A stretch of 64,000 nucleotides of DNA, taken from Gammaproteobacteria bacterium (GTDB lineage: Bacteria; Pseudomonadota; Gammaproteobacteria; SZUA-152). Positions 63,566 to 64,000 of this stretch are shown in pieces (position 1 is the first letter of the stretch; each line of letters begins with the position of its first letter). The DNA is taken from positions 33,927-97,926 of the forward strand of contig JAKIUN010000005.1 in assembly GCA_021647505.1 (NCBI GenBank), in the 5' to 3' direction. The notes beneath the pieces are model-generated. The model searched no databases and was not told the origin of the DNA. It saw nothing but the letters and a program-made list of their open reading frames with translations. A program made the position numbers and the translations under genes.

Positions 63566-63839
63566 ATACTCCGCATGAAGCTAAGTTACGCGTGGCCACA
63601 TATAGGAAACGGAGTACTGGCTAGAATTACTCAGAGGCATGAACCAGAATCAATGATTGGAATGTTCCAGAATATGCAGATACCCTTTGACCAACATATT
63701 GCCATTGGATCGTAAACAGGGTGTGTGCCGGTTTTGTAGGGTAGCATCGCCCTCCGTTATATTTTCTCCCGGCGGTGATGGTGGGTAGAGCCCACCCTGC
63801 GCCGAAAATCTGCGAATGGTATGGAGACAGCAACGACGC

Positions 63840-64000
63840 ATGAACACAGACAAACCCGGTCGCGGTCGGATCCAGAGCCGCAACGAGCCCTTTGCCGCAC
63901 GCACGGCAACCCGTATCTGCGAAGAGACGCCCAGCGCGGAAAACCCCTACCTCAGCCAGACCTGCCGGTACCACGGTTACGAACTGGGCGAACTGATGCA
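63840..64000 (+). CDS. citrate synthase-like family protein, N-terminal fragment (runs off the window end)
   Basis: ATG at 63840. Translation MNTDKPGRGRIQSRNEPFAARTATRICEETPSAENPYLSQTCRYHGYELGELM resembles the citrate synthase N-terminal pattern (LxYRGYxIxxL). Assignment is weak. Confidence 0.3.
   Translation, partial: MNTDKPGRGRIQSRNEPFAARTATRICEETPSAENPYLSQTCRYHGYELGELM

Overview
This is a high-GC (roughly 60-67%) proteobacterial chromosomal window, most likely from a gamma- or betaproteobacterial lithotroph. Several low-GC accessory insertions interrupt it. The main regions are listed below.

- **AT-rich islet (bp 534-5325).** It contains a frameshifted IS4/IS5-superfamily transposase, a GT4 glycosyltransferase and an orphan 303-aa protein. 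It sits at the 3' end of the DEAD-box helicase gene dbpA, and a ~188-bp piece of dbpA's 3' end is duplicated as direct repeats around the orphan gene.
- **Core block (5.4-25.4 kb).** Housekeeping genes: yeaD-like epimerase, tmcA, a PQQ-type sugar dehydrogenase fused to a cytochrome c domain, msrA, a DUF924 protein, a DksA/TraR-family protein, divergent speA/speE, glnK-amtB with a sigma54/NtrC promoter, and ubiK.
- **Duplicated speE-PEP-CTERM module.** The speE/PEP-CTERM unit is tandemly duplicated. The second copy holds a speE pseudogene fragment and a second PEP-CTERM paralog. Short PEP-CTERM C-terminal remnant reading frames lie on the opposite strand.
- **[NiFe]-hydrogenase supercluster (about 26.2-47.3 kb).** A complete Ralstonia-type set:
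  - membrane-bound hydrogenase (small and large subunits, hupE, cytochrome b);
  - accessory genes hoxMLOQRTV (hupDFGHIJK);
  - maturation genes hypABCDE;
  - H2-sensing regulators hoxA (sigma54 NtrC-type), hoxJ (kinase) and hoxBC (regulatory hydrogenase);
  - hypF.
  Two sigma54-type promoters can be seen in the cluster. A ~150-bp duplicate of the comM 5' end lies on its left side and an intact comM on its right. A diverged copy of the comM 3' end lies just downstream of comM. This points to a comM-targeted genomic island or a replacement event.
- **Downstream region.** An AT-rich GNAT gene, an MFP-RND efflux pair, a Crp/Fnr regulator, a DUF2892 gene, a COG2984 binding protein with a sensor kinase, a TonB-dependent receptor behind an 850-bp leader carrying tandem repeats, a Phd/ParE toxin-antitoxin pair, and a citrate-synthase-like fragment at the window edge.

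No rRNA, tRNA or CRISPR array was found. Several REP-like hairpins, one composite inverted-repeat element and one 21-bp dyad operator present in two copies are also noted.
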